Source: Veleropilina oligotropha
Taxonomy: Eukaryota
Length of the DNA stretch: 64,000 bases
Reading direction: 5' to 3'
Assembly (NCBI GenBank): GCA_048128005.1
Contig: JBEUKZ010000016.1
Coordinates: 62,001-126,000 of the forward strand
The translations under genes and the position numbers were made by a program. The first letter of the stretch is position 1. Each line of letters opens with the position of its first letter. Below, piece by piece: positions 54,501 through 62,329 of this stretch. The notes below the pieces were generated by a model, which searched no databases, was not told where the DNA came from, and worked only from the letters and a program-made list of their open reading frames with translations.

Positions 54501-57500
54501 TATTGAAGGCTCTGTCTTCTTGTTACCATTGCGGGGGATATGATGGCTCTGTCTTCTTGTTACCATTGGGGGGGATATTGATGGCTCTGTCTTCTTGTTA
54601 CCATTGCGGGGGATATTGATGGCTCTGTCTTCTTGTTACCATTGGGGGGATATTGATGGCTCTGTCTTGTTGCCATTGGGGGGATATTGATGGCTCTGTC
54701 TTCTTGTTACCATTGGGGGGGATATTGATGGCTCTGTCTTCTTGTTACCATTGGGGGGAATATTGAAGGCTCTGTCTTCTTGTTATCATTGGGGGGGATA
54801 TTGATGGCTCTGTCTTCTTGTTATCATTGGGGGGGGGGGATATTGATGGCTCTGTCTTCTTGTTACCATTGGGGGGGATATTGATGGCTCTGTCTTCTTG
54901 TTACCATTGCAGGGGATATTGATGGCTCTGTCTTGTTACCATTGAGGGGGATATTGATGGCTCTGTCTTCTTGTTACCATTGGGGGGATATTGATGGCTC
55001 TGTCTTCTTGTTACCATTGGGGGGGGGGGATATTGATGGCTCTGTCTTCTTGTTACCATTGCAGGGATATTGAAGGCTCTGTCTTCTTGTTACCATTGCA
55101 GGGGATATTGAAGGCTCTGTCATCTTGTTACCATTGCAGGGGATATTGAAGGCTCTGTCTTCTTGTTACCATTGGGGGGATGTTGATGGCTCTGTCTTCT
55201 TGTTACCGTTGGGGGGGATATTGAAGGCTCTGTCTTCTTGTTACCATTGCAGGGGATATTGAAGGCTCTTTCTTCTTGTTACCATTGCAGGGGATATTGA
55301 AGGCTCTGTCTTCTTGTTACCATTGCAGGGGATATTGAAGGCTCTGTCATCTTGTTACCATTGCAGGGGATATTGATGGCTCTGTCTTCTTGTTACCATT
55401 GCGGGGGATATTGATGGCTCTGTCTTCTTGTTACCATTGCGGGGGATATTGAAGGCTCTGTCTTCTTGTTACCATTGCAGGGGATATTGATGGCTCTGTC
55501 TTCTAGTTACCATTGCGGGGGATATTGATGGCTCTGTTTTCTTGTTACCATTGTGGGGGATATTGATGGCTCTGTCTTCTTGTTACCATTGCGGGGGATA
55601 TTGATGGCTCTGTCTTCTTGTTACCATTGCGGGGGATATTGATGGCTCTGTCTTCTTGTTACCATTGCAGCGGATATTGATGGCTCTGTCTTGTTACCAT
55701 TGCGGGGGATATTGAAGGCTCTGTCATCTTGTTACCATTGGGGGGATATTGAAGGCTCTGTCATCTTGTTACCATTGCGGGGGATATTGATGGCTTTGTC
55801 TTCTTGTTACCATTGGGGGGATATTGATGGCTCTGTCTTCTTGTTACCATTGGGGGGATATTGAAGGCTCTGTCTTCTTGTTACCATTGCAGGGGATATT
55901 GATGGCTCTGTGTTCTTGTTACCATTGCAGGGGATATTGATGGCTCTGTCTTCTTGTTACCATTGTGGGGGATATTGATGGCTCTGTCTTCTTGTTACCA
56001 TTGCAGGGGATATTGATGGCTCTGTCTTCTTGTTACCATTGGGGGGATATTGAAGGCTCTGTCTTCTTGTTACCATTGCGGGGGATATTGATGGCTGTGT
56101 CTTCTTGTTACCATTGCGGGGGATATTGATGGCTGTGTCTTGTTGTTACCATTGCAGGGGATATTGATGGCTGTGTCTTCTTGTTACCATTGGGGGGATA
56201 TTGATGGCTCTGTCTTCTTGTTACCATTGGGGGGATATTGATGGCTCTGTCTTCTGGTTACCATTGGGGGGATATTGATGGCTTTGTCTTCTTGTTACCA
56301 TTGCAGGGGATATTGATGGCTGTGTCTTCTTGTTACCATTGCGGGGGATATTGATGGCTGTGTCTTCTTGTTACCATTGGGGGGATGTTGATGGCTCTGT
56401 CTTCTTGTTACCATTGCGGGGGATATTGATGGCTCCGTCTTCTTTTTATTCATTGTTATGATTAGATAAATATCTTGAATCAAAGCTTTCATGTAGTGAG
56501 GTAATATTTATTGTACAGACTGACTATGTTATGTACAAATGAAATCACGCCAACATTTTCAGTCTTCATCGATTCAGCCAACTTAGAATGATAAAATGAA
56601 TTGATGCAGTGTGCAGTTTCTCACATCTTGTAACACGTGATATTAACTATGTATTACTCTTAATTGTGACTATCAAATGAGCAAAGCTTTCATTATCAGA
56701 TTTGATAGTGTAATAGTAATATTAAACCAAACGTGCAAAATTCTGGATGGAAAATGACATCGCTTGCAGATAGAGTATAGAGAGAACTATCAAATTAATT
56801 AACCAATATTTATTATTAAATGATTTCTCTATCTTCTTTCAGATCAGATGAAGGATGATACCTTCGCCTGGGTGGATGGCAGTAAGGTAGTCTACAATGG
56901 CTGGGTGAAGCCCTACCCCACCCCCACGCCGAATCAGTTAGACTGTGGAACCCTCAATGCAGGTAGAATACAATGCCATGTTATGGTATTGGGATGCTAT
57001 ACTGCTACAACACCATACCTGCCAACTTTTTGAGACACCTAATCATGATTCAATAGCTACATAGTGTCTAAGTGATGGTGGCAGGAATGCAGAAGAATAT
57101 GTTGTTTAAATAAATTGTGTAGCGGCACTGCATGCTCTCTTGAAAAGGCATGTATTCGAAAGCCATTAATGAACAATTTGTTTATATATAATAAAATGAA
57201 AATGAAAAGATCGATGATTAATGTCCTGTATTTCCAACCATCATTTGATTTAAAGCAGGACACCTTATTATCACCGGAGGAAAGCCCGGTCGCCCGGGGA
57301 AACCCGCAGTCTCCGACCAGTTACCAACAACTGTGATTCATGACTTGAACAAATGTGTGATGTCCCTGCCGAGGTTTGAACCCACTACTGTTTGCGTCAG
57401 CGGAATCAAGTCAGTGATTTTTCGGAGTCCACAACCAAAACCACACGACTGTCGAACCGGCCATATATATATATAATATGATACTGGATATATCATAAGG

Positions 57501-57912
57501 AATGAATGGAAAATCAGGAGGTTCCTCGCACAGGTCGCGAGGTGAGAATATGGAGTGTCATGTGCAGATCGACGGGTGTGCAATTCCCCCCTACATGATA
57601 ATATGATCCCTTCATAAGGAACAAAATGATTTAATCTAGTGTTTCGGTGGTTATGACTCTGGATGCTAATGATTCAGTATTAAATACTGAATTCTTTGGC
57701 TGAATTAGACCCCCACATAAGGATTTTGAAATGAACTTTAAAAAATGTTCTAACATAACTGAACATATGAATTGGTTGTTTCTATTACAGGTGCAAAAAC
57801 ATCTAGCTGGGCCAATGGTTACTGCTTTACAAGAAAGAACTACATTTGTCAAATTAAACTCATTAAACAGTTGACAACCGGAAACACTACTCATAACATC
57901 AATGGTATTTAA
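30435..57912 (+). CDS. Multi-domain C-type lectin (mannose-receptor-like, 3 CTLDs), 5'-partial
   Basis: join(30435..30589,31145..31269,44008..44147,47928..48151,49637..49719,51619..51722,52445..52580,53262..53335,56843..56962,57791..57904 or ..57912). GT-AG introns with consistent phases; CPPRW..CY, FWVGL/FWIGI/VWIGL and YFICK/FVCSK/YICQ motifs. The last exon either ends at a stop (57912) or splices on from a donor at 57905. Confidence 0.88.
31145..31269 (+). CDS. C-type lectin exon (CTLD1 middle; absent from ORF track)
   Basis: TCCAG|TFLVLKVKPLANRNHTFWVGLSRNSKSLWVWSDNTKYTRKG|GTAAGT. Confidence 0.88.
32683..32954. mobile_element. CAG..CTG MITE, 5-bp TSD
   Basis: actta|caggcgcggatccagg ... 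cctggatccgcccctg|actta. Confidence 0.85.
34138..35274. mobile_element. CAG..CTG non-autonomous element, 5-bp TSD, containing a nested MITE
   Basis: atacg|cagaggcggcggaac ... gttccgccgcctctg|atacg. Confidence 0.85.
34978..35235. mobile_element. Nested CAG..CTG MITE, 5-bp TSD
   Basis: taggg|caggggcggatcca ... tggatccgcccctg|taggg. Confidence 0.85.
36080..36933. mobile_element. MITE with ~300-bp TIRs, CACAG termini, 7-bp TSD (P-superfamily-like)
   Basis: cttaggc|cacagtccccggacgctaggccc ... gggcctagcgtccggggactgtg|cttaggc; arms nearly identical. Confidence 0.88.
37460..40974 (+). mobile_element. L2/CR1-group LINE, near full length, decayed (APE endonuclease + RT), (TTA)n tail
   Basis: LFNARSV, FLTETWL, LGDINIH, GHILD, SDHY; NYRPVSNL, LLDLSAAFDTIDH, GVPQGSVLGP, FADDTQL, LHWLPV. 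Stops and frameshifts throughout; ends gcgctataaaaatctctca(tta)n. 5' limit approximate. Confidence 0.9.
43245..43503 (+). mobile_element. tRNA-derived SINE (family A)
   Basis: Near-identical to the 27397 copy; TSD actaaccttttc / actaaacttttc. Confidence 0.9.
44008..44147 (+). CDS. C-type lectin exon (CTLD1 end)
   Basis: TACAG|PWIRGFPKADQASTALNCGVMD..NCAGMAYFICKRDS|GTAAGT. Confidence 0.88.
44353..44830. repeat. Telomere-like degenerate hexamer array ((CCCTAA/CCATAA/TTATAC), ~18-bp higher-order unit)
   Basis: Repeated cccataaccctaattata; the spurious ORF 44294-44599 derives from it. Confidence 0.85.
45147..47562. mobile_element. MITE (agccccatttccattac TIR) interrupted by the 45216-47197 element
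   Basis: agccccatttccattacaaaatataatcc / ggattatatttgtaatggaaacggggct. Confidence 0.75.
45216..47197. mobile_element. GGCC-terminated TIR element with TTA TSD (Zator- or Harbinger-like)
   Basis: tta|ggccaaataaaaatatatgtgtgtttcc ... ggaaacacacatataattttatttggcc|tta; subterminal ccctacctac repeats. Confidence 0.82.
47928..48151 (+). CDS. C-type lectin exon (CTLD2 N-part)
   Basis: TACAG|..CDSANGWHEVNGRCYKF..FWIGISDV|GTAAGT. Confidence 0.92.
49637..49719 (+). CDS. C-type lectin exon (CTLD2 middle)
   Basis: TTCAG|ASPGKFMNIDKTPLNYTNW..|GTGAG. Confidence 0.87.
49946..50215 (+). mobile_element. tRNA-derived SINE (family A)
   Basis: Aligns by eye to the 20732 and 27397 copies. Confidence 0.75.
50391..50653 (-). 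mobile_element. tRNA-derived SINE (family A), antisense
   Basis: Reverse complement of the family A consensus (gattcgaaccc, gggaggaaa, ttaatgtcc). Confidence 0.75.
51276..51606 (+). mobile_element. tRNA-derived SINE (family B) with Deu/Nin-like core and L2-like (TTA)n tail
   Basis: gagttcgccc B-box-like sequence, cctcggtccacccag..aatgggtacct core, gcgctatataag..(tta)n end. Confidence 0.78.
51619..51722 (+). CDS. C-type lectin exon (CTLD2 end)
   Basis: TTTAG|KKGNTCVQVIPLAQYKWESMFCLNTAKFVCSKPI|GTAAG. Confidence 0.88.
52445..52580 (+). CDS. C-type lectin exon (CTLD3 N-part)
   Basis: TTTAG|VCPSGWLSFLDTCY..SWTGASTAC..|GTAAA. Confidence 0.92.
53262..53335 (+). CDS. C-type lectin exon (CTLD3, WIGL)
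   Basis: TCTAG|SSVQQFLFKAMLQVPVSTVWIGLS|GTAAT. Confidence 0.88.
53515..54300 (+). repeat. Five ~160-bp tandem core repeats after a (TCCG)-like microsatellite; Helentron/HINE-type internal array
   Basis: ttccggagcgtagctcatacaccgctcgacataac-like starts at ~53537, 53700, 53859, 54016 and 54163; ccatccgtccgt at ~53514. Confidence 0.82.
54378..56445 (+). repeat. ~38-bp minisatellite, ~54 copies
   Basis: Unit ttaccattgcgggggatattgatggctctgtcttcttg with a variable G-run; no unique spacers. Confidence 0.97.
56843..56962 (+). CDS. C-type lectin exon (CTLD3 middle)
   Basis: TTCAG|DQMKDDTFAWVDGSKVVYNGW..DCGTLNA|GTAGA. Confidence 0.9.
57196..57462 (-). mobile_element. tRNA-derived SINE (family A), antisense
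   Basis: Reverse complement starts ggccggttcgac..; same core and tail as the other copies. A 3' fragment also occurs at ~3745-3820. Confidence 0.8.
57791..57912 (+). CDS. C-type lectin exon (CTLD3 end)
   Basis: TACAG|AKTSSWANGYCFTRKNYICQIK..; 3' boundary ambiguous (57904 donor or 57912 stop). Confidence 0.82.
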
Positions 57913-58456
57913 TATATATAAACATCATGAAATATAGAATTTTTGTTGTCAATATTAATTGCTTGATTTTGAAGGATATTTAATTGACACTCAGAATTAA
58001 AACAGGCTTTTTATTTTATAAATATTTATATTGATAATAAATTTGTAACTTGGAGTGATTTTAGAAATTGGAACTATGCTAAATTCATATATACAGTCGA
58101 ACAAATATAAAAAAAACAGTGAATGGAATGTATCTTTGAAGAAAACATGAGGTTTTAATGTAAACCTAATATTAGTATAAAACATACTTACGTCCTTACT
58201 CTTGCCATAATAGTAATATTATTGCCAACCGGAAACAGTGAATAAGTCACATTATGCACTATTAATAAGTCAAAGACGCAAAAACGTACCACGGTTACCT
58301 CCCCTGCTCCCCCTCCCCCACGTTCCCCCGCGAGATCTCGCCAAGTCTCGCGAGACTTCTGAACCATAGAAGTCACATGACATCAATTCAAAGTTCAAAA
58401 ACCACAAAGGAACGTAGTAGAGGGGAGGAATGCGAAACGCAGGGTGGGTAATCGTG

Positions 58457-58547
58457 GTAAGGACGTAAGTATGTTTTATACTAATATTAGGTTTACATTA
58501 AAACCTCATATATAGTTACAAACATACTTACGTCCTTACTCTTGCCA
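58457..58547. repeat. DIRS internal complementary region (ICR)
   Basis: 58457-58509 is the reverse complement of 58147-58199; 58520-58547 repeats 58180-58207 directly. Confidence 0.88.
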
Positions 58548-59381
58548 GAATAACCTTGGATAGGTGGGTAAGACGTTCCTTGCAACAAACCCAAACAAGA
58601 TAATGACTTACTTGTCACCAATTCAATCAGCATGAAGCGTCGATTGTGTCCGCCTAGAGTGGAATTTTACTGAGTATTATATTCTACTCTTACCAAGCGA
58701 GAATTTTGACCAGTGTTACCGGGAGAATACGCCGTGGTATTAGTCGGACGAGGTGAACGGAAGTGCAATCAGCCCCAGGCACGGCCGGAAGGATAAATCC
58801 CTGTAGGTCTTACGTGTCATGGACCAGTGGCAGCCAAATGGGACTCCGGGCCTATAGGCCGGTAGCCAGAGGATGCAGTCGGATTTGTAAGCACACGGAA
58901 CCTAACAGGTTGTGAAAGCTTTAAATCAAAAGCAAAGAATTAATAGATTATTATAAATAATCGATATTAATAAGTAATTCGCATGACCAACTTGCGAACG
59001 CTAACATGGACGACATGTCACTTAAAATAAATTTTAAGGAAGCAAAAATGTTCGACATGTTACTTAAAATTAAATGTTAAGGGATCAACATTTTGAATGT
59101 ATTGAACATCGTATGTTCGATTACAGCAAAGAACATAATAATATTGAACCTCAATCTTTTTTTAAGATTTGTGCAAAATTATAAAAGTTGTTTTATTAAA
59201 TTCAATGTAATCTGGCTGTCATCACTCAGGTCTGACATGAAAAGTACAAAATCTTAAATTAGATTTAAGAAATGAACAGACATTGAACTGCCTCATAGGT
59301 GTTAATTTTCGTAGCACCGTTTGGCCAACAAAAATAAAATGGCGTCAGTAAATATGCAAATGATCAATCAGAGAACAATAC

Positions 59382-62318
59382 TTACTGATTAGAAGACCTC
59401 GGTCTAACAATAACCCTTTGTGCAGCAACACACTGTAAGCTGCTCAGGCCATCAGCACTTGTTGAGTAGTCCCGCAGATAATGTTTGACAAACACATTAG
59501 CGTTTTTCCAATATCCAGCCTGGAGTAACGCATTGATATTTAAATTATGTCGGAATGCTACAGACGCGGCAATTGCCCGGACTTCATGTGCGCGGACCGA
59601 TAAAATAGTTCGGTCGTCGTCATCACAACGGATGTAAACATCTCTCACAGTTTGTGAAATCCACCGCGAAACAGTTGTCCTCGTAATGTCGCGGGTGTAA
59701 GTAGGCAAATACGATACGAATAAACGTAATTTCCCTGTCCGCATTTCACGGGTTCTGTCTAGGTAGAAGCGAAGCGCCCGTACCGGGCAATTGAGGCGGT
59801 CTGCATCGTGCCGTCCGACTAGCGTTAGCTTGGGAATAACAACATCGGGTGCGTCCTCGTTCGGCCGTTGGTTCTTGGCTAGAAAGCCAAGAATAGGACG
59901 CAGTATCACCGACCCGTCTGACTGGAATCGTATATCTCTTAGCTCGGAGGAGAAAGCATGGATCTCGGAACAACGCCTGCCCGACGCTAAGGCGATCAGA
60001 AAAACCGTTTTGTGCGTCAAGTTCCTCATGGTTATCTCGGACATCGGCTCATACGGGGGTAAGAGTAATGCGTTAAGAATAAGTACGATATTCCAGGCAG
60101 GTGGCTTAATTCTTCGGGTCGGTATCTCGAGTTCGTAAGATCGTATAAAATCTGATATCGTTCGGTCGCTTGATAGGCCAGCATGGGCACGACACTGCTT
60201 TAGCGTGGTCGCGATCGTTGCCCGATAGCCTTTGACGGCGGACACTGACATACCGCGGTCGAAGAGCGACGATAAAAACTCGATAAACTTGTTCACAGGG
60301 GGACGGAGTATATTGACCTGCCTGCTGTGACACCAATCCACGTACTTAACCCATCGGTAGTCATAGACTTTTGTCGTGGAAATCCTTCTCGATCGATAGA
60401 TACGTAAGGCTGTAGCTTTAGAAAATCCTTTCTTAGCAAGGGATCGTTCGATAACCGCCAGGCGTGTAAACGTAAGTGGTTCGGCGACTCGTGGAGTACA
60501 CGGGAGCGTGGTTGCATTAACAGGTCTAGTTTCTGCGGTAACGCTAACGGTCGATCGACGATCAGATCGAGGAGGGTCGGAAACCAAGGTTGCGTGCGAT
60601 ACAGGGGCGCTATTAGCGTTATCTCGCAACGTTCGGTCGCTGCCTTCTGTAATACCAGTGATAGAATGCACGTCGGGGGGAAGGCATACGCGGACAGATT
60701 CTCCCATGTCATTGACATTGCGTCGACCGCTAGGGCGGCCGGGTCTGGGTACGGGGAGACATACAGAGGTAGTCGGTAATTGAATTCTGTTGCAAACAAA
60801 TCGACTTGGGGTTGCGACCACCGGCGGCAAACATCCCGAGCTACTCGGCTGTGTAGCGTCCACTCTGTGTGTATTATCTGTGATCTCCGAGAGAGCGAAT
60901 CCGCTCTGACATTCAGCTTTCCCGGGATGTGTCGGGCTCGAATCGTCGAGTTGAGGGACATCACTAAGCGGTGTAGGTCTATTGCTCGGTCGCATAGGGG
61001 ACGCGAGCGAGTACCGCCCTGGTGCTGTATGTAAGCGACGACAGTCGTGTTGTCCGTGGCGAGCATGATATGCTTGTTGCGGAGATGTAACGAGAGGGAC
61101 CGTACTGACAGGAAGACGGCTTCTAACTCTAGGAAGTTGATATGTCGTCCCTGAAGGTCTGTCGGCCATAGGCCTGATGTCTCGTAACTGTCGAGGTGAC
61201 CACCCCAGCCGTCGTTCGAAGCGTCTATGAACAGGTAAGCGTTCGGCTCTGGTGGGGATATAGGAACCGACTGGTCCGGCAAAGCGGGGTTCAACCACAC
61301 TGCTGTCGTGTCGGTAAACCAATGCCGTAGATCGATGCGATCCGTCCACTGCCCCGTCCGTTGTATCCAGCGATCCCTGAACGCCTGTTGTAACGGTCTT
61401 TTGTCCATGCAACCCGTCGGTAGCAGGGGCGCTACCGACTCGATGTGCCCCAGGACAGTGGCCAGTTGTCGCGCCGTAGTTATGTCCGATGACAGGGTGT
61501 CTTGGATAACCGCGCGTAGGTTCCGCATACGCTTCTGGGTCGGATTCGCGGTGTACCGGACCGTATCGAAGTCGACTCCGAGGAACGTAAACGTCGTCGA
61601 GGGCACGAAGCAGGATTTTGTCTCGTTGATCTGAAATCCCAGGCGCTTCGTCGATGACAGGGTAAAGCTCGTAGACCGGAGGCACAGATCCCGGGACGCC
61701 CCGAGGATCAGCCAGTCGTCGAGGTACATATGTACCCTGTGCCCTAGAGAGTGTAGGAAGGCCCCTAGGGCCTGTACTGTTCTCGTGAAGACGTACGGGG
61801 CTGACGATAGACCGAACGGTAGGCACCTGAATTGGTAGATCGTCTTCCCGTGTATAAACCGAAGGTACTGATGAGCCGTGACATGCATCGGGACATGCAG
61901 ATACGCGTCGGCGAGATCGATAGACGCTGCCCAGTCGCCCGGACGGATGGCCGCTCGAATCTTCGAGAGGGTTTCTTGCTGGAATTTCTCGGTACGAAGA
62001 TATCGGTTTAGGTACGAGAGATCGAGGATCGGTCTCCAGCGGCCATCGGGTTTCGGGACCAGGAAGAAATGGCTGTAAAATCCTGGTGTGCTGGGCGGCG
62101 CGGGATATATCGCTCTTTTTAGGAGCAAATCCCGCACTGCCTGGTCTAAGACCGCTCGCTTCTCTCCGATTAGGAGGCGAGCGTGTCTTGGTGGTGGTGC
62201 CTCGTTTAGGGTCGGATGCCGGTTGAACCAACTGTATCCGGCACTCACGACGGAGGGACCCAGCTACTGTCTGGTAGTCTAGCCATGGCTGGCTGTACGC
62301 TAACAGATACGCTTCCAC
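59382..62318 (-). CDS. DIRS tyrosine recombinase ORF (YR domain in ~59382-60470; long N-terminal part overlaps pol)
   Basis: Catalytic pattern ASGRRCSEI (R), LAKNQ (K), AHEVR (HxxR), AGYW (W), FVKHYL (Y). Confidence 0.9.
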   Translation of the reverse strand: MEAYLLAYSQPWLDYQTVAGSLRRECRIQLVQPASDPKRGTTTKTRSPPNRREASGLRPGSAGFAPKKSDISRAAQHTRILQPFLPGPETRWPLETDPRSLVPKPISSYREIPARNPLEDSSGHPSGRLGSVYRSRRRVSACPDACHGSSVPSVYTREDDLPIQVPTVRSIVSPVRLHENSTGPRGLPTLSRAQGTYVPRRLADPRGVPGSVPPVYELYPVIDEAPGISDQRDKILLRALDDVYVPRSRLRYGPVHRESDPEAYAEPTRGYPRHPVIGHNYGATTGHCPGAHRVGSAPATDGLHGQKTVTTGVQGSLDTTDGAVDGSHRSTALVYRHDSSVVEPRFAGPVGSYIPTRAERLPVHRRFERRLGWSPRQLRDIRPMADRPSGTTYQLPRVRSRLPVSTVPLVTSPQQAYHARHGQHDCRRLHTAPGRYSLASPMRPSNRPTPLSDVPQLDDSSPTHPGKAECQSGFALSEITDNTHRVDATQPSSSGCLPPVVATPSRFVCNRIQLPTTSVCLPVPRPGRPSGRRNVNDMGESVRVCLPPDVHSITGITEGSDRTLRDNANSAPVSHATLVSDPPRSDRRSTVSVTAETRPVNATTLPCTPRVAEPLTFTRLAVIERSLAKKGFSKATALRIYRSRRISTTKVYDYRWVKYVDWCHSRQVNILRPPVNKFIEFLSSLFDRGMSVSAVKGYRATIATTLKQCRAHAGLSSDRTISDFIRSYELEIPTRRIKPPAWNIVLILNALLLPPYEPMSEITMRNLTHKTVFLIALASGRRCSEIHAFSSELRDIRFQSDGSVILRPILGFLAKNQRPNEDAPDVVIPKLTLVGRHDADRLNCPVRALRFYLDRTREMRTGKLRLFVSYLPTYTRDITRTTVSRWISQTVRDVYIRCDDDDRTILSVRAHEVRAIAASVAFRHNLNINALLQAGYWKNANVFVKHYLRDYSTSADGLSSLQCVAAQRVIVRPRSSNQ
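60293..62248 (-). CDS. DIRS pol: reverse transcriptase, RNase H, Dam-like methyltransferase domain
   Basis: FLVPKPDGRWRPILDL, IDLADAY, LPFGLSSAP, YLDDWL; FIDASNDGWGG, HINFLELEA, TDNTT, NVRADSLSR; VDLFA..VDAM..W..YAFPP. Confidence 0.93.
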   Translation of the reverse strand: MSAGYSWFNRHPTLNEAPPPRHARLLIGEKRAVLDQAVRDLLLKRAIYPAPPSTPGFYSHFFLVPKPDGRWRPILDLSYLNRYLRTEKFQQETLSKIRAAIRPGDWAASIDLADAYLHVPMHVTAHQYLRFIHGKTIYQFRCLPFGLSSAPYVFTRTVQALGAFLHSLGHRVHMYLDDWLILGASRDLCLRSTSFTLSSTKRLGFQINETKSCFVPSTTFTFLGVDFDTVRYTANPTQKRMRNLRAVIQDTLSSDITTARQLATVLGHIESVAPLLPTGCMDKRPLQQAFRDRWIQRTGQWTDRIDLRHWFTDTTAVWLNPALPDQSVPISPPEPNAYLFIDASNDGWGGHLDSYETSGLWPTDLQGRHINFLELEAVFLSVRSLSLHLRNKHIMLATDNTTVVAYIQHQGGTRSRPLCDRAIDLHRLVMSLNSTIRARHIPGKLNVRADSLSRRSQIIHTEWTLHSRVARDVCRRWSQPQVDLFATEFNYRLPLYVSPYPDPAALAVDAMSMTWENLSAYAFPPTCILSLVLQKAATERCEITLIAPLYRTQPWFPTLLDLIVDRPLALPQKLDLLMQPRSRVLHESPNHLRLHAWRLSNDPLLRKDFLKLQPYVSIDREGFPRQKSMTTDGLSTWIGVTAGRSIYSVPL

Positions 62319-62329
62319 CGGCGGAAGCG

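Noticed and set aside
54378..56445. CRISPR-like array (repeat length ~38 bp)
   Set aside because: Units are contiguous with no unique spacers, there are no cas genes, and the context is a eukaryotic intron.
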